NCBI GenBank assembly: GCA_963793425.1
Contig: CAWCAG010000001.1
Span: 288,001-352,000 of the forward strand
Direction: 5' to 3'
Length of the DNA: 64,000 nt
DNA from: an uncultured cyanobacterium
GTDB taxonomy: Bacteria; Cyanobacteriota; Cyanobacteriia; Cyanobacteriales; CAWCAG01
Below the pieces are notes generated by a model. The model did no database searches. It was not told where the DNA came from and was given only the letters and a program-made list of their open reading frames with translations. The position numbers and the translations under genes are program-made. Below, piece after piece: positions 52,349 through 62,624 of this stretch. Positions within the stretch are counted from its first letter, which is position 1; the number at the start of each line of letters is the position of its first letter.

Positions 52349-53077
52349 TTATTTACCTATTACTTGCTTCTTACGACGAGTATAAGCGGCAAAGCCGCCC
52401 AGTAGCCCCAGAGAAAGCAGAGAAGTAGGTTCAGGTACAGGCTTAGTCATTGACCCCACCTTAATCTGATAAGCTAGCCTAGAACCCTTGGGTAAATCTC
52501 CATTCCAAGACAGAGTAGATGTACCAGTCATGACAAAGCTATTACCAATATCAGTGACCTTGAGATAATCAATAGTATCACCATCTTCAGAACGTACTAC
52601 ACCGTTATAAGCCATACCGTCTACAACTATATCGCTTAGTTCCATAACGCTACCATCATTATTGGAACGGGTGCGGATTAACATAGAATTGATCTTAGGA
52701 AGTTCCTGAAGATTATTCCCGACTAAAACCTTATTACCAACAGTATAAGTAAGCTGAGAGCCATCGTATTCTAGCTTAAACGCCACAGGTACACCATTCT
52801 GCCAGAGAAACTGTGATGTATCCACAGGAGGCCCTCCAGGACCAGGTGGTATCACATCTTGAATATCTATTTCAAAGTCTCCAGAAAGCCCATTTCTGCC
52901 ACCACGACTTTCAGCAATAAAATCTTCAGCAAACAACCCGTTAGTCAGCAAGTCATTGAACTGTTGATCTGTTAAATTTGGTAAAGCTTCAAAGCTGGCT
53001 GCATTCGCCGTAGTAGCCCCTAGGGTAATTCCGATTGTTGCTACAGCTACTGTAGAAATTGCTTTTATTTTATTCAT
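52349..53077 (-). CDS. PEP-CTERM surface protein (choice-of-anchor W-like)
   Basis: Signal peptide from ATG 53077 (MNKIKAISTVAVA...ANA); FIAESRGG, WQNG, SRLAYQIKVG; VPEP-TM-RRKK. Confidence 0.8.
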   Translation of the reverse strand: MNKIKAISTVAVATIGITLGATTANAASFEALPNLTDQQFNDLLTNGLFAEDFIAESRGGRNGLSGDFEIDIQDVIPPGPGGPPVDTSQFLWQNGVPVAFKLEYDGSQLTYTVGNKVLVGNNLQELPKINSMLIRTRSNNDGSVMELSDIVVDGMAYNGVVRSEDGDTIDYLKVTDIGNSFVMTGTSTLSWNGDLPKGSRLAYQIKVGSMTKPVPEPTSLLSLGLLGGFAAYTRRKKQVIGK

Positions 53078-53096
53078 TATTAATATTAACTTTTTA

Positions 53097-53156
53097 GATG
53101 AGGAACTTTTTTTTCTAATCCTCATCAATCTAGACAGAGGCAAAAATAGATGTCAA
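53097..53156 (-). promoter_or_regulatory. sigma70-like promoter and hairpin upstream of the PEP-CTERM gene
   Basis: TTGACA (53156-53151), 18-nt spacer, TAGATT (53132-53127); 8-bp stem GATGAGGA/TCCTCATC at 53097-53126. Confidence 0.5.
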
Positions 53157-53551
53157 GAGGAATTCGTTAATTTCACACAATCTTCATTAAACAAAACTTC
53201 TGCGTGAATTAACTGATTAACTTTTTCTCGCTCAAACTCTATTTTCTCTTTACTCTGTCTAACTTGCTTTAAATCCAACCCTTGCTTAAATATCTCTGCA
53301 ATAGGTAGCATTTTCCCAGCTTGGGTCATAAACTTATGGTCTTGGGTTGCCTTGATTTTTGAACCATCTTCTAAAAGATATTCAAAAACTGCTTGTTCTC
53401 CACGATCATGCCATTGAGAGATGGGTTGAGTATAAATAAAGCCATTTTCATCAACACTATAAACCTGGCAAACTAATTCTTTTTCCACAATTTTTCCAAT
53501 CGCCACAGCCCCATATTCCACCGTTAAAACTTCAGTTTCATAACTCAAACA
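53153..53551 (-). other. DnaE split intein N-fragment (132 aa)
   Basis: [14 protein letters not shown]...QWHDRGEQ...ATQDHKFMT; Cys1 codon at 53551-53549. Confidence 0.95.
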
Positions 53552-55870
53552 GTATTCCGCAAACTTAATCATTTGCCCAAACAAATCTTCAGCAATGGCA
53601 CGCTTAACCCCATTTTTACTCGCCCCATCGATAAACATTTCCTGATGTTTCTTCATCTCAGAAATCTTCTTTTTGCCCATAGCACGGCGCAACAAATCCG
53701 CCTGACCTAAAGAATACCCGGCTAAGTCTTGAGCCATTTTCATGATTTGCTCTTGGAAACACAAAGTTCCGTAGGTTTCCTTAAGAATTGGCTCCAACAA
53801 AGGATGTTGATATTCAACTTTTTCACGACCATGTTTGCGGTTAATAAACTTAGGAATTAAACCAGCATCTAAAGGTCCCGGTCGATATAAAGCTAAAATA
53901 GAAGAAATATCTTCAATACCAGAAGGCCGCAAATCCCTAACAATTTGTCGCATACCTTCTGATTCTAATTGAAATATACCTTCTAATTCTCCTCTTTCCA
54001 ACAACTTATGGGTCTTTTGAATATCTTCAGGTAACTTGTTAATTGTACCTTTCTCTAAAATTTGTAGGGCTTTTCTTTCTTCTAAAGGTAACTGATCTAA
54101 ATTCAGTTCATCCCCTCTATTCTCTTTAATTAAATCAGCACTTCTTTGAATTAAAGTCAAATTCTTTAACCCCAAAAAGTCCATCTTCAACAAACCCATA
54201 GACTCAATATCTTCCATAAAATATTGAGTAATTACCGCCCCGTCATTATTCTTTTGTAAAGGTACAACTTCATCTAATGGTTGAGAAGAAATAACCACTC
54301 CCGCCGCATGAACCCCGTAGGTTTTGTTAGTACCTTCAATACGCATAGCCATATCTAACCAACGGCGAGTTTGCGGATCTTGTTCATATTTTTCTTTAAA
54401 TTCTGGTGCAGGGGTTTTATCGGAGATCATCACTTTTAACTTCGCCGGCTTCCCCCTGGTAACAGGAATTAATTTCGCCATGCGATCTGATTCTGCATAG
54501 GGAATATTCAATACCCTAGCCACATCTTTCAACACCGCTTTAGAAGTCATACGGTTAAAAGTGATAATCTGAGCAACCTTATCTTTACCGTATTTTTCCG
54601 TTACATATTCAATAACTTGATCTCGCCTTTCAATACAAAAATCTGTATCAATATCCGGCATAGATTTCCGTTCAGGATTAAGGAAACGTTCAAATAATAA
54701 GCCGTGATGAACCGGATCTATATTAGTGATTTTTAAAGCATAAGCAACCAAAGAACCGGCCGCCGAACCTCTTCCTGGCCCCACGGGAATATGATTATCT
54801 CTAGCGTATTTAATATAATCCCAAACTACTAAAAAGTAGGTGGAAAATCCCATACGCTGCATCATCTTTAATTCATATTCCAACCTTTCTTTATAAATAG
54901 AATCAATTTCTGAACGGCGGCATTTTAACCTTTCTTTTAAGCCTTCCCAAGTAACTTCCTCTAAATAACTATCGGCTGTATGCCCTGAAGGGACAGGGTA
55001 ATCTGGTATCCGTGGCTCTCCTAAAATTTTGTAAGGACGAATCTTTTCGGCCACTTCTAAAGTAGTAGCGATCGCCTCTTCAATAATCTCTTGCGGAAGA
55101 TGATCCTGAAACAATAAAGCCATCTCTTCAGCAGACTTTAAATATTCCGTTCCGCTGTAACGTAAGCGCTTATCTTCAGTAATTAACTTATTAGTTTGAA
55201 TGCACAATAAAGCATCGTGAGCCTCGACATCATGACAAGATATAAAATGAGAATCATTAGTGGCAATAATCTTAATATCTAATTCACGGGCAATCTTAAC
55301 AATCTCAATATTAACAATCCGATCTTCTTGAGAACCATGATCTTGTATCTCTAAATAATAATCTTCTCCAAAAACCTTTTTGTACCATTTAGCAGTTTGA
55401 CGAGCTAACTTCACATCTCGCCTGAGAATTGCCTGGGGAACTTCTCCCCCCAAACAAGCACTCGTAACAATCAAACCTTCATGATACTCTTCTAAAAGTT
55501 CTTTGTTAATACAAGGTCGTCCAAACAACTTGTTACCACGAAAGCCTTGTAAATGAGAAATTGTCGTTAGTTTAACTAAGTTTTTATAACCTTGCTTATT
55601 TTTCGCTAAAACAACCTGATGATACTTTTTCAACTTACGTTTATCATCAAGTTCACCATTAATCACATACATTTCATTGCCAATAATCGGCTTAATACCC
55701 TTATTACGGCAGACTTTAATTAATTCCACCGCACCATACATAACCCCGTGATCCGTAAGGGCGATCGCCGGCATGGCTAATTCTACGGCCCTTTCTACTA
55801 AAGGATTAAGTTGAGAAGCCCCATCTAAAAGGCTATAGTCGCTATGGATATGTAAACCAACGAAAGACAT
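53153..55870 (-). CDS. dnaE: DNA polymerase III alpha subunit, N-terminal split gene with N-intein
   Basis: PHP domain [25 protein letters not shown]; ends ...[12 protein letters not shown]... Confidence 0.98.
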   Translation of the reverse strand: MSFVGLHIHSDYSLLDGASQLNPLVERAVELAMPAIALTDHGVMYGAVELIKVCRNKGIKPIIGNEMYVINGELDDKRKLKKYHQVVLAKNKQGYKNLVKLTTISHLQGFRGNKLFGRPCINKELLEEYHEGLIVTSACLGGEVPQAILRRDVKLARQTAKWYKKVFGEDYYLEIQDHGSQEDRIVNIEIVKIARELDIKIIATNDSHFISCHDVEAHDALLCIQTNKLITEDKRLRYSGTEYLKSAEEMALLFQDHLPQEIIEEAIATTLEVAEKIRPYKILGEPRIPDYPVPSGHTADSYLEEVTWEGLKERLKCRRSEIDSIYKERLEYELKMMQRMGFSTYFLVVWDYIKYARDNHIPVGPGRGSAAGSLVAYALKITNIDPVHHGLLFERFLNPERKSMPDIDTDFCIERRDQVIEYVTEKYGKDKVAQIITFNRMTSKAVLKDVARVLNIPYAESDRMAKLIPVTRGKPAKLKVMISDKTPAPEFKEKYEQDPQTRRWLDMAMRIEGTNKTYGVHAAGVVISSQPLDEVVPLQKNNDGAVITQYFMEDIESMGLLKMDFLGLKNLTLIQRSADLIKENRGDELNLDQLPLEERKALQILEKGTINKLPEDIQKTHKLLERGELEGIFQLESEGMRQIVRDLRPSGIEDISSILALYRPGPLDAGLIPKFINRKHGREKVEYQHPLLEPILKETYGTLCFQEQIMKMAQDLAGYSLGQADLLRRAMGKKKISEMKKHQEMFIDGASKNGVKRAIAEDLFGQMIKFAEYCLSYETEVLTVEYGAVAIGKIVEKELVCQVYSVDENGFIYTQPISQWHDRGEQAVFEYLLEDGSKIKATQDHKFMTQAGKMLPIAEIFKQGLDLKQVRQSKEKIEFEREKVNQLIHAEVLFNEDCVKLTNSS

Positions 55871-56372
55871 AAAAAAGGCACAACGCTATATATGGTGTTT
55901 GTTAATTTTACTGCAAACTATATTTACAGAGCCAATTAATTTTTTTCTTTGTAGCTCTTTAATTTAGTATAAATGTATTGAATCAATATTTGTCCTACTC
56001 GTCGATAATAAATTAAAAATATAGGGTATCGTTAGCCCTGGGCATAAGATACCACAAACTTTGATATTCCGTGGTTACACTATAGCCCATCCATCCTACG
56101 AAATAAATAATCGCAGGCGTTTCTAATTCTACAGCCCTTTCTAGCATAATTAATTAGTAACTACGGCCAAACAATATTTCTAATACAACCTCTGTAACCC
56201 CCTGTTCCCCGTTCCCCGTAGCCTACGGCAAGGCTAACGCCAACCCTGTTCCCGACGGCTGAAACTATTGATTTTTCCTTTCACTGCGTAAGTCCTATTA
56301 TGATAGCGAGAATAGTTTGATCACTCTCTTTCATCGGTTTAAGATTAGTTGATTTGTGACTCTAGAAACCAT

Positions 56373-57542
56373 ATGATGAGACTTTGTTTTTTGACAGAAT
56401 ATAACTTGAATGAAACAGTCGGAGGCGGATTGTTAAATGCCATTAAAAGCACAGGTGAATTTCTAGCTAAACATCACCAAGTATCATTTGTATCACTCGG
56501 TAATAAAACACAAATTATCAAATTAAATAGTTATGAGAATCTAGAAGTAGAAAGTACTCCTGCCGACGGTCAATTAGATTCAAATGGCAAATCCCAAGAA
56601 AATAGAATCGCAGTTTTTAATAGTCAAAATCTTAAAACAATATCTAATTTTTTAGATAAAAATCAACCTGAAGTAATTGTTGTGCATTTTGATGCAGTAT
56701 TTGGATACTTAGCTTTGAATTGGGCCAAGAAAAATAACAAAAAGGTTTTGTACTGGTCTCATATGCTGGTTGATAGAGGACATGAATTTCACCAAGAAAA
56801 CAAAAAAATACTTAAGTTACTAAGCATCTTTGCTTCTCGATTTCTAATCTTGATATTTTGTAAACAAATCGCTGGCGTTATTGCCATAAACAATGCAAGT
56901 GTACAAAGTTTTAGAAATATTGGCTATAAGGGTCGAGTTTTCGTGATGCCAAATGCCAGAGATATGGATACCTTTAACAATTCCAATAACTTGAAATCTT
57001 TTCAAGCAGAAAACTTGGTTTTTATTGGTCATATTTCTAAAAGAAAAAATCAAGAATTTTTGATTAATTCGATGAAATTCATTAAAAAAAAATATAAATT
57101 GAAATTGATAGGTAAGATTTTTGAGAAGAAAACTTACTTTAAGCTCAAGAAAATAGTTGAAGATAATGGCTTGAATGTTGAATTTGTTGATAGAGTTGAT
57201 TACTGTCAAATACCTAACATACTAGAAAATACAAAGCTATTTTTGAGTGCTTCAAAAACCGAAGTCCAAAGTTTAGTGGTTTTGGAAGCTATTGCATCAG
57301 GAATCCCAATTGTCGCTCTGGAAAATGAAACTACAAAGGAATTTAAGGAACAGCAGTTCATTGAAGTTTTGCCTCCCATAACTTCACCACAAGATTTCGC
57401 TAGAATTGTTAATCGGAAACTAAAGATGGACGAAGGAGAATACTTAGAGCTATCAAAATTAGCCAAGGATTTCTCTGAAAATTTTAGTTTTGAAAATCAA
57501 GAAAAAGTATTTAAAGACATATATTTTCAAATTAACTCTTAG
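56373..57542 (+). CDS. GT4 glycosyltransferase, AT-rich
   Basis: FIGHISKRKNQ, SASKTEVQSLVVLEAIASGIPIV. Confidence 0.85.
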   Translation: MMRLCFLTEYNLNETVGGGLLNAIKSTGEFLAKHHQVSFVSLGNKTQIIKLNSYENLEVESTPADGQLDSNGKSQENRIAVFNSQNLKTISNFLDKNQPEVIVVHFDAVFGYLALNWAKKNNKKVLYWSHMLVDRGHEFHQENKKILKLLSIFASRFLILIFCKQIAGVIAINNASVQSFRNIGYKGRVFVMPNARDMDTFNNSNNLKSFQAENLVFIGHISKRKNQEFLINSMKFIKKKYKLKLIGKIFEKKTYFKLKKIVEDNGLNVEFVDRVDYCQIPNILENTKLFLSASKTEVQSLVVLEAIASGIPIVALENETTKEFKEQQFIEVLPPITSPQDFARIVNRKLKMDEGEYLELSKLAKDFSENFSFENQEKVFKDIYFQINS

Positions 57543-57733
57543 TGCCATTACTTTACACCAATCTTCCTTCTGCTTTTCACACTTTGCAACCGTAGTCAAG
57601 CTTAAATGTTCTAGTCCCAAAGTACTAAGAGCAAAAGGTACTTCAGAACTATTGATCTTGGGAAAATAGTACCATGCTGTTCCTTTACAAGGTCGCCTAA
57701 GCTGTAAGCAGGCAATCTTTGGGGATAAGAAAA

Positions 57734-58600
57734 ATGCGAAAAATGCTTCCGCTATTTGTAGCAACTCTTCTGCTACTGGCAGTTTTTTCACCAGTCTTTG
57801 CTAATGAAAATAGTAATGGAGCTTTTCTCCTCGGAGATGGTAAAATAAGCAACCAGCCCAAGCGCGGTAGTGTTATGGCTTGCCAGTCTATGTTTCCGGG
57901 TGGAGGCGGGGCCCATCGAGTTGGCGAGTGGATTAAGAACGGCTACTGGTATCCTGAAGAAAAACCAATGGTTGAAGGGCGTATCAATTGGTCTAATGCA
58001 GAGATTTCAGTTTCTGTGGAGGGTGACTTTCGTGTGTTCCGCTCTAATAAATTGCCTGTGCATTCAACTGGCAAATTTCCCATTCAGCCAGGGACTGAAG
58101 CCTACAAATATGACCGCAATCCTAACTCAATTCGTGAACAAAGCCTAGTATTAAAATTACCAGCTACCCCTGTGGTTGCAGAAACACCAGACTGTGTACC
58201 AATGGGGCTAATTGGCTATTCTCTCACAGGATCAGCAATCTTCAATGCTTTTGACGCTGCTGGGCGAGATGCACCCGCCTATGAAATTCAAGACCACTGT
58301 AACGCTCACCCAGAGAGGGGTGGGACTTACCACTACCATGACTGGTCTGAATGTATTCCAGATAAGTCCGGCGACTCAGGAAACCATAGCGACATTGCTG
58401 GGTTTATGCTCGATGGTTTTCCTATATTCGGACCGAAGGGTGAAAATGGAGTTACTGTCACCAATAATGAGCTTGATGAATGCCACGGACATACCCATAA
58501 TATTGTCATAGACGGCAAGACAGTTTCTCTGTATCACTACCACTTCACCCACGAATTTCCCTACACTATTGGTTGTTTCCGAGGGAGTAATGTTGCTTAA
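57734..58600 (+). CDS. Secreted YHYH-family protein
   Basis: Signal peptide; DHCNAHP, YHYH twice, GFMLDGFPIFGP, LDECHGH, FPYTIGCF. Confidence 0.88.
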   Translation: MRKMLPLFVATLLLLAVFSPVFANENSNGAFLLGDGKISNQPKRGSVMACQSMFPGGGGAHRVGEWIKNGYWYPEEKPMVEGRINWSNAEISVSVEGDFRVFRSNKLPVHSTGKFPIQPGTEAYKYDRNPNSIREQSLVLKLPATPVVAETPDCVPMGLIGYSLTGSAIFNAFDAAGRDAPAYEIQDHCNAHPERGGTYHYHDWSECIPDKSGDSGNHSDIAGFMLDGFPIFGPKGENGVTVTNNELDECHGHTHNIVIDGKTVSLYHYHFTHEFPYTIGCFRGSNVA

Positions 58601-58760
58601 GCTGAGACTATCTGCATCTGTGCAACTCCGAAAATAAAGTCTTCATTCAAACCAGAAACAGCCATGAAATCACATCTGGCGTGGAATCCCTCTCAATTCT
58701 AGCTCACCCATAAATTCATCTGAACTCTCAGTCAGCAACGATTATCCGTAAGCAAAAACT

Positions 58761-61700
58761 ATGTCTTTCCCTGCAATAAGACTATTAACAGTCTCTCTTC
58801 TCCTTTCCCTATTAGGATCAAACCTCAAAGTTACCGCCCAATCCATCACCGCCACACCAGATGGTACAGGTACAATCATCAATTACAACGGCAATACCTA
58901 CAATATCACTGGAGGAACACAAGCTGGGGAAAACTTATTCCACTCCTTCACTGAATTTGGTTTAAACCCCCAGGAAATAGCTAACTTCCTTTCTAATCCA
59001 GCTATCAACAACGTCTTAGGCAGAGTAACCGGAGGAAATCCTAGTGTTATTCAAGGGTTAATCCAACTAAGTGGGGGCAACTCCAACCTCTTTTTAATGA
59101 ACCCTGCGGGTTGGGTATTTAACCAAGGGGCAAGTTTAGATGTGCCGGGTAGTTTTGGTGTCACTACCGCCACGAGGATGGGTTTTGGAGATAATTACTT
59201 CAACGCTTATGGAGACAACACCTACAGTGAATTAACAGGAGATCCCACTAGCTTAATCTTCGACCAGAATAACCCCAGTTGGATAATTAACGAAGGGAAC
59301 TTAGAAGTTAACTCAGGAGAAAGTCTCTGGGCTGTGGGAGGGGGTATTATTTCCACAGGTACAATCACAGCAGAGGGAGGGCAAATAACCTTAGCTGCTG
59401 TACCGGGGGAAAGTCAGGTGAAACTTTCCCATGAGGGTATGATATTAAACCTGATCCTCGAAGCTGCCCCAGTAAGCGGGAGTAACATCTTACCCAATAC
59501 CGTAACTGGGATTCGGGCAGTAGATATACCCCGTTACTTAACGGGTGGTAGTAATGTTGGTCATGTTAACAATGCTATTGTCGAAGTAGATGGTACTGTA
59601 CGCCTTGTAAATAGTGATACGGTTATTAACGGAGGGGATACAGTAATTGCTGGGGCAGTTAACGCCCAAGATATTGTTTTTACCGCAACAGAGAAGGTGA
59701 AACCCACCGATAATAACTTAGTTAGCAACAATCCTCTAGTAGTTTTGTTCCCCGAAGAAATAGGAACTAATGTAGAAACTACCTTTATTGATGAAGGGGT
59801 AGAAGATTATCAAAGCTTCCTTTACGGCGGGAAAAAAGGGACGATTTCTCAAGTAGTTACCCACCAAGAAAATGGCATTTCAGTTATCAGTGAGCAGTTA
59901 GCAGTTATCAGTGACAATGGGGGAGATGTTAGTGCTGTTCATCTGCTTACGGAAGGGAATGAAGGGGAATTTTGGTTAGGGAGAGATTATGTATCCTCAG
60001 AAAATATTGGGAATTATGAACAGCAATTAAAAGCTTGGGCTGGGGTTTTAACTGCTGAGGCGGATTTGCTGCTTTATAGCTGTTTGACAGCTTTGGGTTA
60101 TGAAGGAGAAGAGTTAGTCAATGCCCTAGCTGGCTTTACTGGGGCTGATGTGGCGGCTTCTACCAACTTGACTGGTAGTGAGGCTTTAGGGGGAGATTGG
60201 GTTTTTGAGTCTCAAACCGGAACTATTGAGGCGGGGTTAGGGTTTGAACAACAGGTATTAGAAGACTTTGCAGGTAAGTTGCAGGTGTTTACTGCTAGTG
60301 ATGCGGCGAGTTTAATTAGCGCAATTGATACAGCAAATAGCAACAGTGAGACGGATACAATTAATTTAGCCGGGGATATTACTCTGACCACAGTAGAAGA
60401 TAGTACCGATGGGCAGAATGGCTTACCTTCGATTACGGCATCTGAGAAACTAACCATTAATGGCATGGGGAATACCATTGCACGGGATACTTCTGTATCT
60501 GCTACTTTCCGTTTGCTGCATATTGCAGGAGAAGCCGAGGTAGAGATTAATGAGACTACTTTTTCTGGTGGGGTAGCTGATGGTAGTAATCTAACTCAAA
60601 AGAGTGGTGGGGCAATTCTTAATCGAGGAAATCTCACCCTAAACGATAGCACTATTTCTGGTAATACATCAGATTTCGGCTACGCTGGTGGCCTCTTTAC
60701 TGTTAGGACTTCTAGAGATGATACAACGAGTTTAACTTTGAATAATAGCACTGTCTCTGGTAATACGACAGAGGGCGGTCCTGGTGGCGGCATCGCCATC
60801 TTTGGTCGTTATCAAACGAGTTTGACATTAAATAATAGCACCGTTTCTGGCAACTCTTCTATTGTAAGTAGCAGCGTTGGTGGTTTCGGTGGTGGTATTT
60901 TCAGCGCTGGATTAAGAGCTAATGCCGTTACGGTGACATTGAACAATAGCACTATTTCTGGTAACACTGCTACGCGAGATGGCGGTGGTATTTACAACTA
61001 TGCAAGTGCAAATTCTGGAGTGAAGTTGATTGTTGGTAACAGCATTATTGCTGATAATACCGCTAATAGATCAGAACCCGATGTCGCCAGAAATAACACC
61101 TCCAGAGTACCCATCACTGACCAAGGAAACAATATCATTGGTATTGACACTACAGGGGCATTTACCACCAGCACCCTGGTAGGAAGTTCAAGTACACCTG
61201 TTGATGCGAAACTTCAACCCTTGGGAGACTATGGCGGCTCTACCCAAACCCATGCCATCCTTTCTGATAGTCCGGCTTTTGATGCTGGAAGTGATACCCT
61301 AGCAACAGGATTAAGCACTGACCAACGTGGGGAAAGTCGCACTAGTGGCAAAGCCTTAGATATTGGGGCGTTTGAACTGCAACAACTATTAAGTATTTCG
61401 AGAGGTGATAACCAAGAAACTACCGTTAATACTACTTTCAGCAATAACCTAGAAGTTAAAGTCACCGATGAATTTGGCAATGCAGTATCAGGAGTAACTG
61501 TTACCTTAACGCCTCCAGGCACAGGGCCGACGGCTAGCTTAGGTAGTACCTCTTTGATAACGGATGCTACCGGTGTTGCTACTACTACCGCCACAGCTAA
61601 CATTGTAGCAGGAGACTATCAAGTTGAAGCTAGTTCTACTGGACTCACAGAAGTCAATTTTGATCTTACCAATAATCCTGGTGCAGCTAATCTCCTTAGT

Positions 61701-62294
61701 ATTCTGGGAGGCAATAACCAAGAAACTAACGTTAATACTGCTTTTACCGATAATTTGGAAGTTAAAGTTACCGACGAATTTGGCAATGCAGTATCGGGTG
61801 TAACCGTCACCCTAACTCCTCCAGGTACAGGGGCAACTGCTAGCTTAGGTAGTACTTCTTTGACCACCGATGCTTCCGGTGTTGCTACTACTAACGCCAC
61901 AGCTAACACTGTAGCAGGAGACTACCAAGTTGAAGCTAGTTCCACAGGACTCACAGAAGTCAATTTTGACCTCACTAATCTTGCTGATGACTCCGATCTT
62001 ACCATAGATACTGGAGATTCTCAGACAACGATGGATACTAGCGACACTGACCCAATTGCTGATACTAGCACCTCCGACACAGACACTGATTTAACTGACT
62101 TTATACCTATCTGGCAGTCAGTCTTAGATAATTTATCAGAGTCAGATTCAGAACAGGTTATTTGTCAATCTCCCCCAGAAATAGCCATAGAATTTACTGA
62201 AGATGATGAAGAAATCATCGTAAATGAGGAAATAGAAGAAGAAATGCAATGGGATGAATATTGTCGGCCCATTACTAATGAGGAGGAAAAGTAA
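58761..62294 (+). CDS. Filamentous haemagglutinin-like exoprotein (TPS domain, DUF4347-like, choice-of-anchor Q-like, 2x Ig-like)
   Basis: NLFHSF..FGL, NLFLMNPAG; LLLYSC..GADVAAS..GGDW; NSTISGN repeats; DYGGSTQTH..DQRG..DIGAFE; two 102-aa repeats. Confidence 0.88.
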   Translation: MSFPAIRLLTVSLLLSLLGSNLKVTAQSITATPDGTGTIINYNGNTYNITGGTQAGENLFHSFTEFGLNPQEIANFLSNPAINNVLGRVTGGNPSVIQGLIQLSGGNSNLFLMNPAGWVFNQGASLDVPGSFGVTTATRMGFGDNYFNAYGDNTYSELTGDPTSLIFDQNNPSWIINEGNLEVNSGESLWAVGGGIISTGTITAEGGQITLAAVPGESQVKLSHEGMILNLILEAAPVSGSNILPNTVTGIRAVDIPRYLTGGSNVGHVNNAIVEVDGTVRLVNSDTVINGGDTVIAGAVNAQDIVFTATEKVKPTDNNLVSNNPLVVLFPEEIGTNVETTFIDEGVEDYQSFLYGGKKGTISQVVTHQENGISVISEQLAVISDNGGDVSAVHLLTEGNEGEFWLGRDYVSSENIGNYEQQLKAWAGVLTAEADLLLYSCLTALGYEGEELVNALAGFTGADVAASTNLTGSEALGGDWVFESQTGTIEAGLGFEQQVLEDFAGKLQVFTASDAASLISAIDTANSNSETDTINLAGDITLTTVEDSTDGQNGLPSITASEKLTINGMGNTIARDTSVSATFRLLHIAGEAEVEINETTFSGGVADGSNLTQKSGGAILNRGNLTLNDSTISGNTSDFGYAGGLFTVRTSRDDTTSLTLNNSTVSGNTTEGGPGGGIAIFGRYQTSLTLNNSTVSGNSSIVSSSVGGFGGGIFSAGLRANAVTVTLNNSTISGNTATRDGGGIYNYASANSGVKLIVGNSIIADNTANRSEPDVARNNTSRVPITDQGNNIIGIDTTGAFTTSTLVGSSSTPVDAKLQPLGDYGGSTQTHAILSDSPAFDAGSDTLATGLSTDQRGESRTSGKALDIGAFELQQLLSISRGDNQETTVNTTFSNNLEVKVTDEFGNAVSGVTVTLTPPGTGPTASLGSTSLITDATGVATTTATANIVAGDYQVEASSTGLTEVNFDLTNNPGAANLLSILGGNNQETNVNTAFTDNLEVKVTDEFGNAVSGVTVTLTPPGTGATASLGSTSLTTDASGVATTNATANTVAGDYQVEASSTGLTEVNFDLTNLADDSDLTIDTGDSQTTMDTSDTDPIADTSTSDTDTDLTDFIPIWQSVLDNLSESDSEQVICQSPPEIAIEFTEDDEEIIVNEEIEEEMQWDEYCRPITNEEEK
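61408..61979 (+). repeat. Tandem 306-nt duplication encoding Ig-like (Big-1) domains
   Basis: ACCAAGAAAC at 61411 and 61717; near-identical VKVTDEFGNAVSGVTVTLTPPGTG units. Confidence 0.9.
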
Positions 62295-62624
62295 AAAGCA
62301 GGGTGTCGTTAGCCGTAGGGGTAACGCACCACAAACTTAAATATGCGGTCACTAATGAGCATTTCTTGGCTAGTTTGACGAGTATTATTTATTCTCCCGT
62401 TAAGAAGTAAAATCTACGCCTCGACTTTACTTTACCTTCAATAAATATTAGCGATTGCAGTTCTAATCTTCAAGATGAGGGTTTTTGTAATAATCACACA
62501 GCAAGCAACAGAGAATTTCTCAATTAACCCAGTAAAATCAACTTTAGTAACTTGTCTTCTAGGATAGTAGTTAGGAAGTCTGTAAATATAACTTCTTAAC
62601 TTGTAACTTTCCTCTTCCCTTTGT

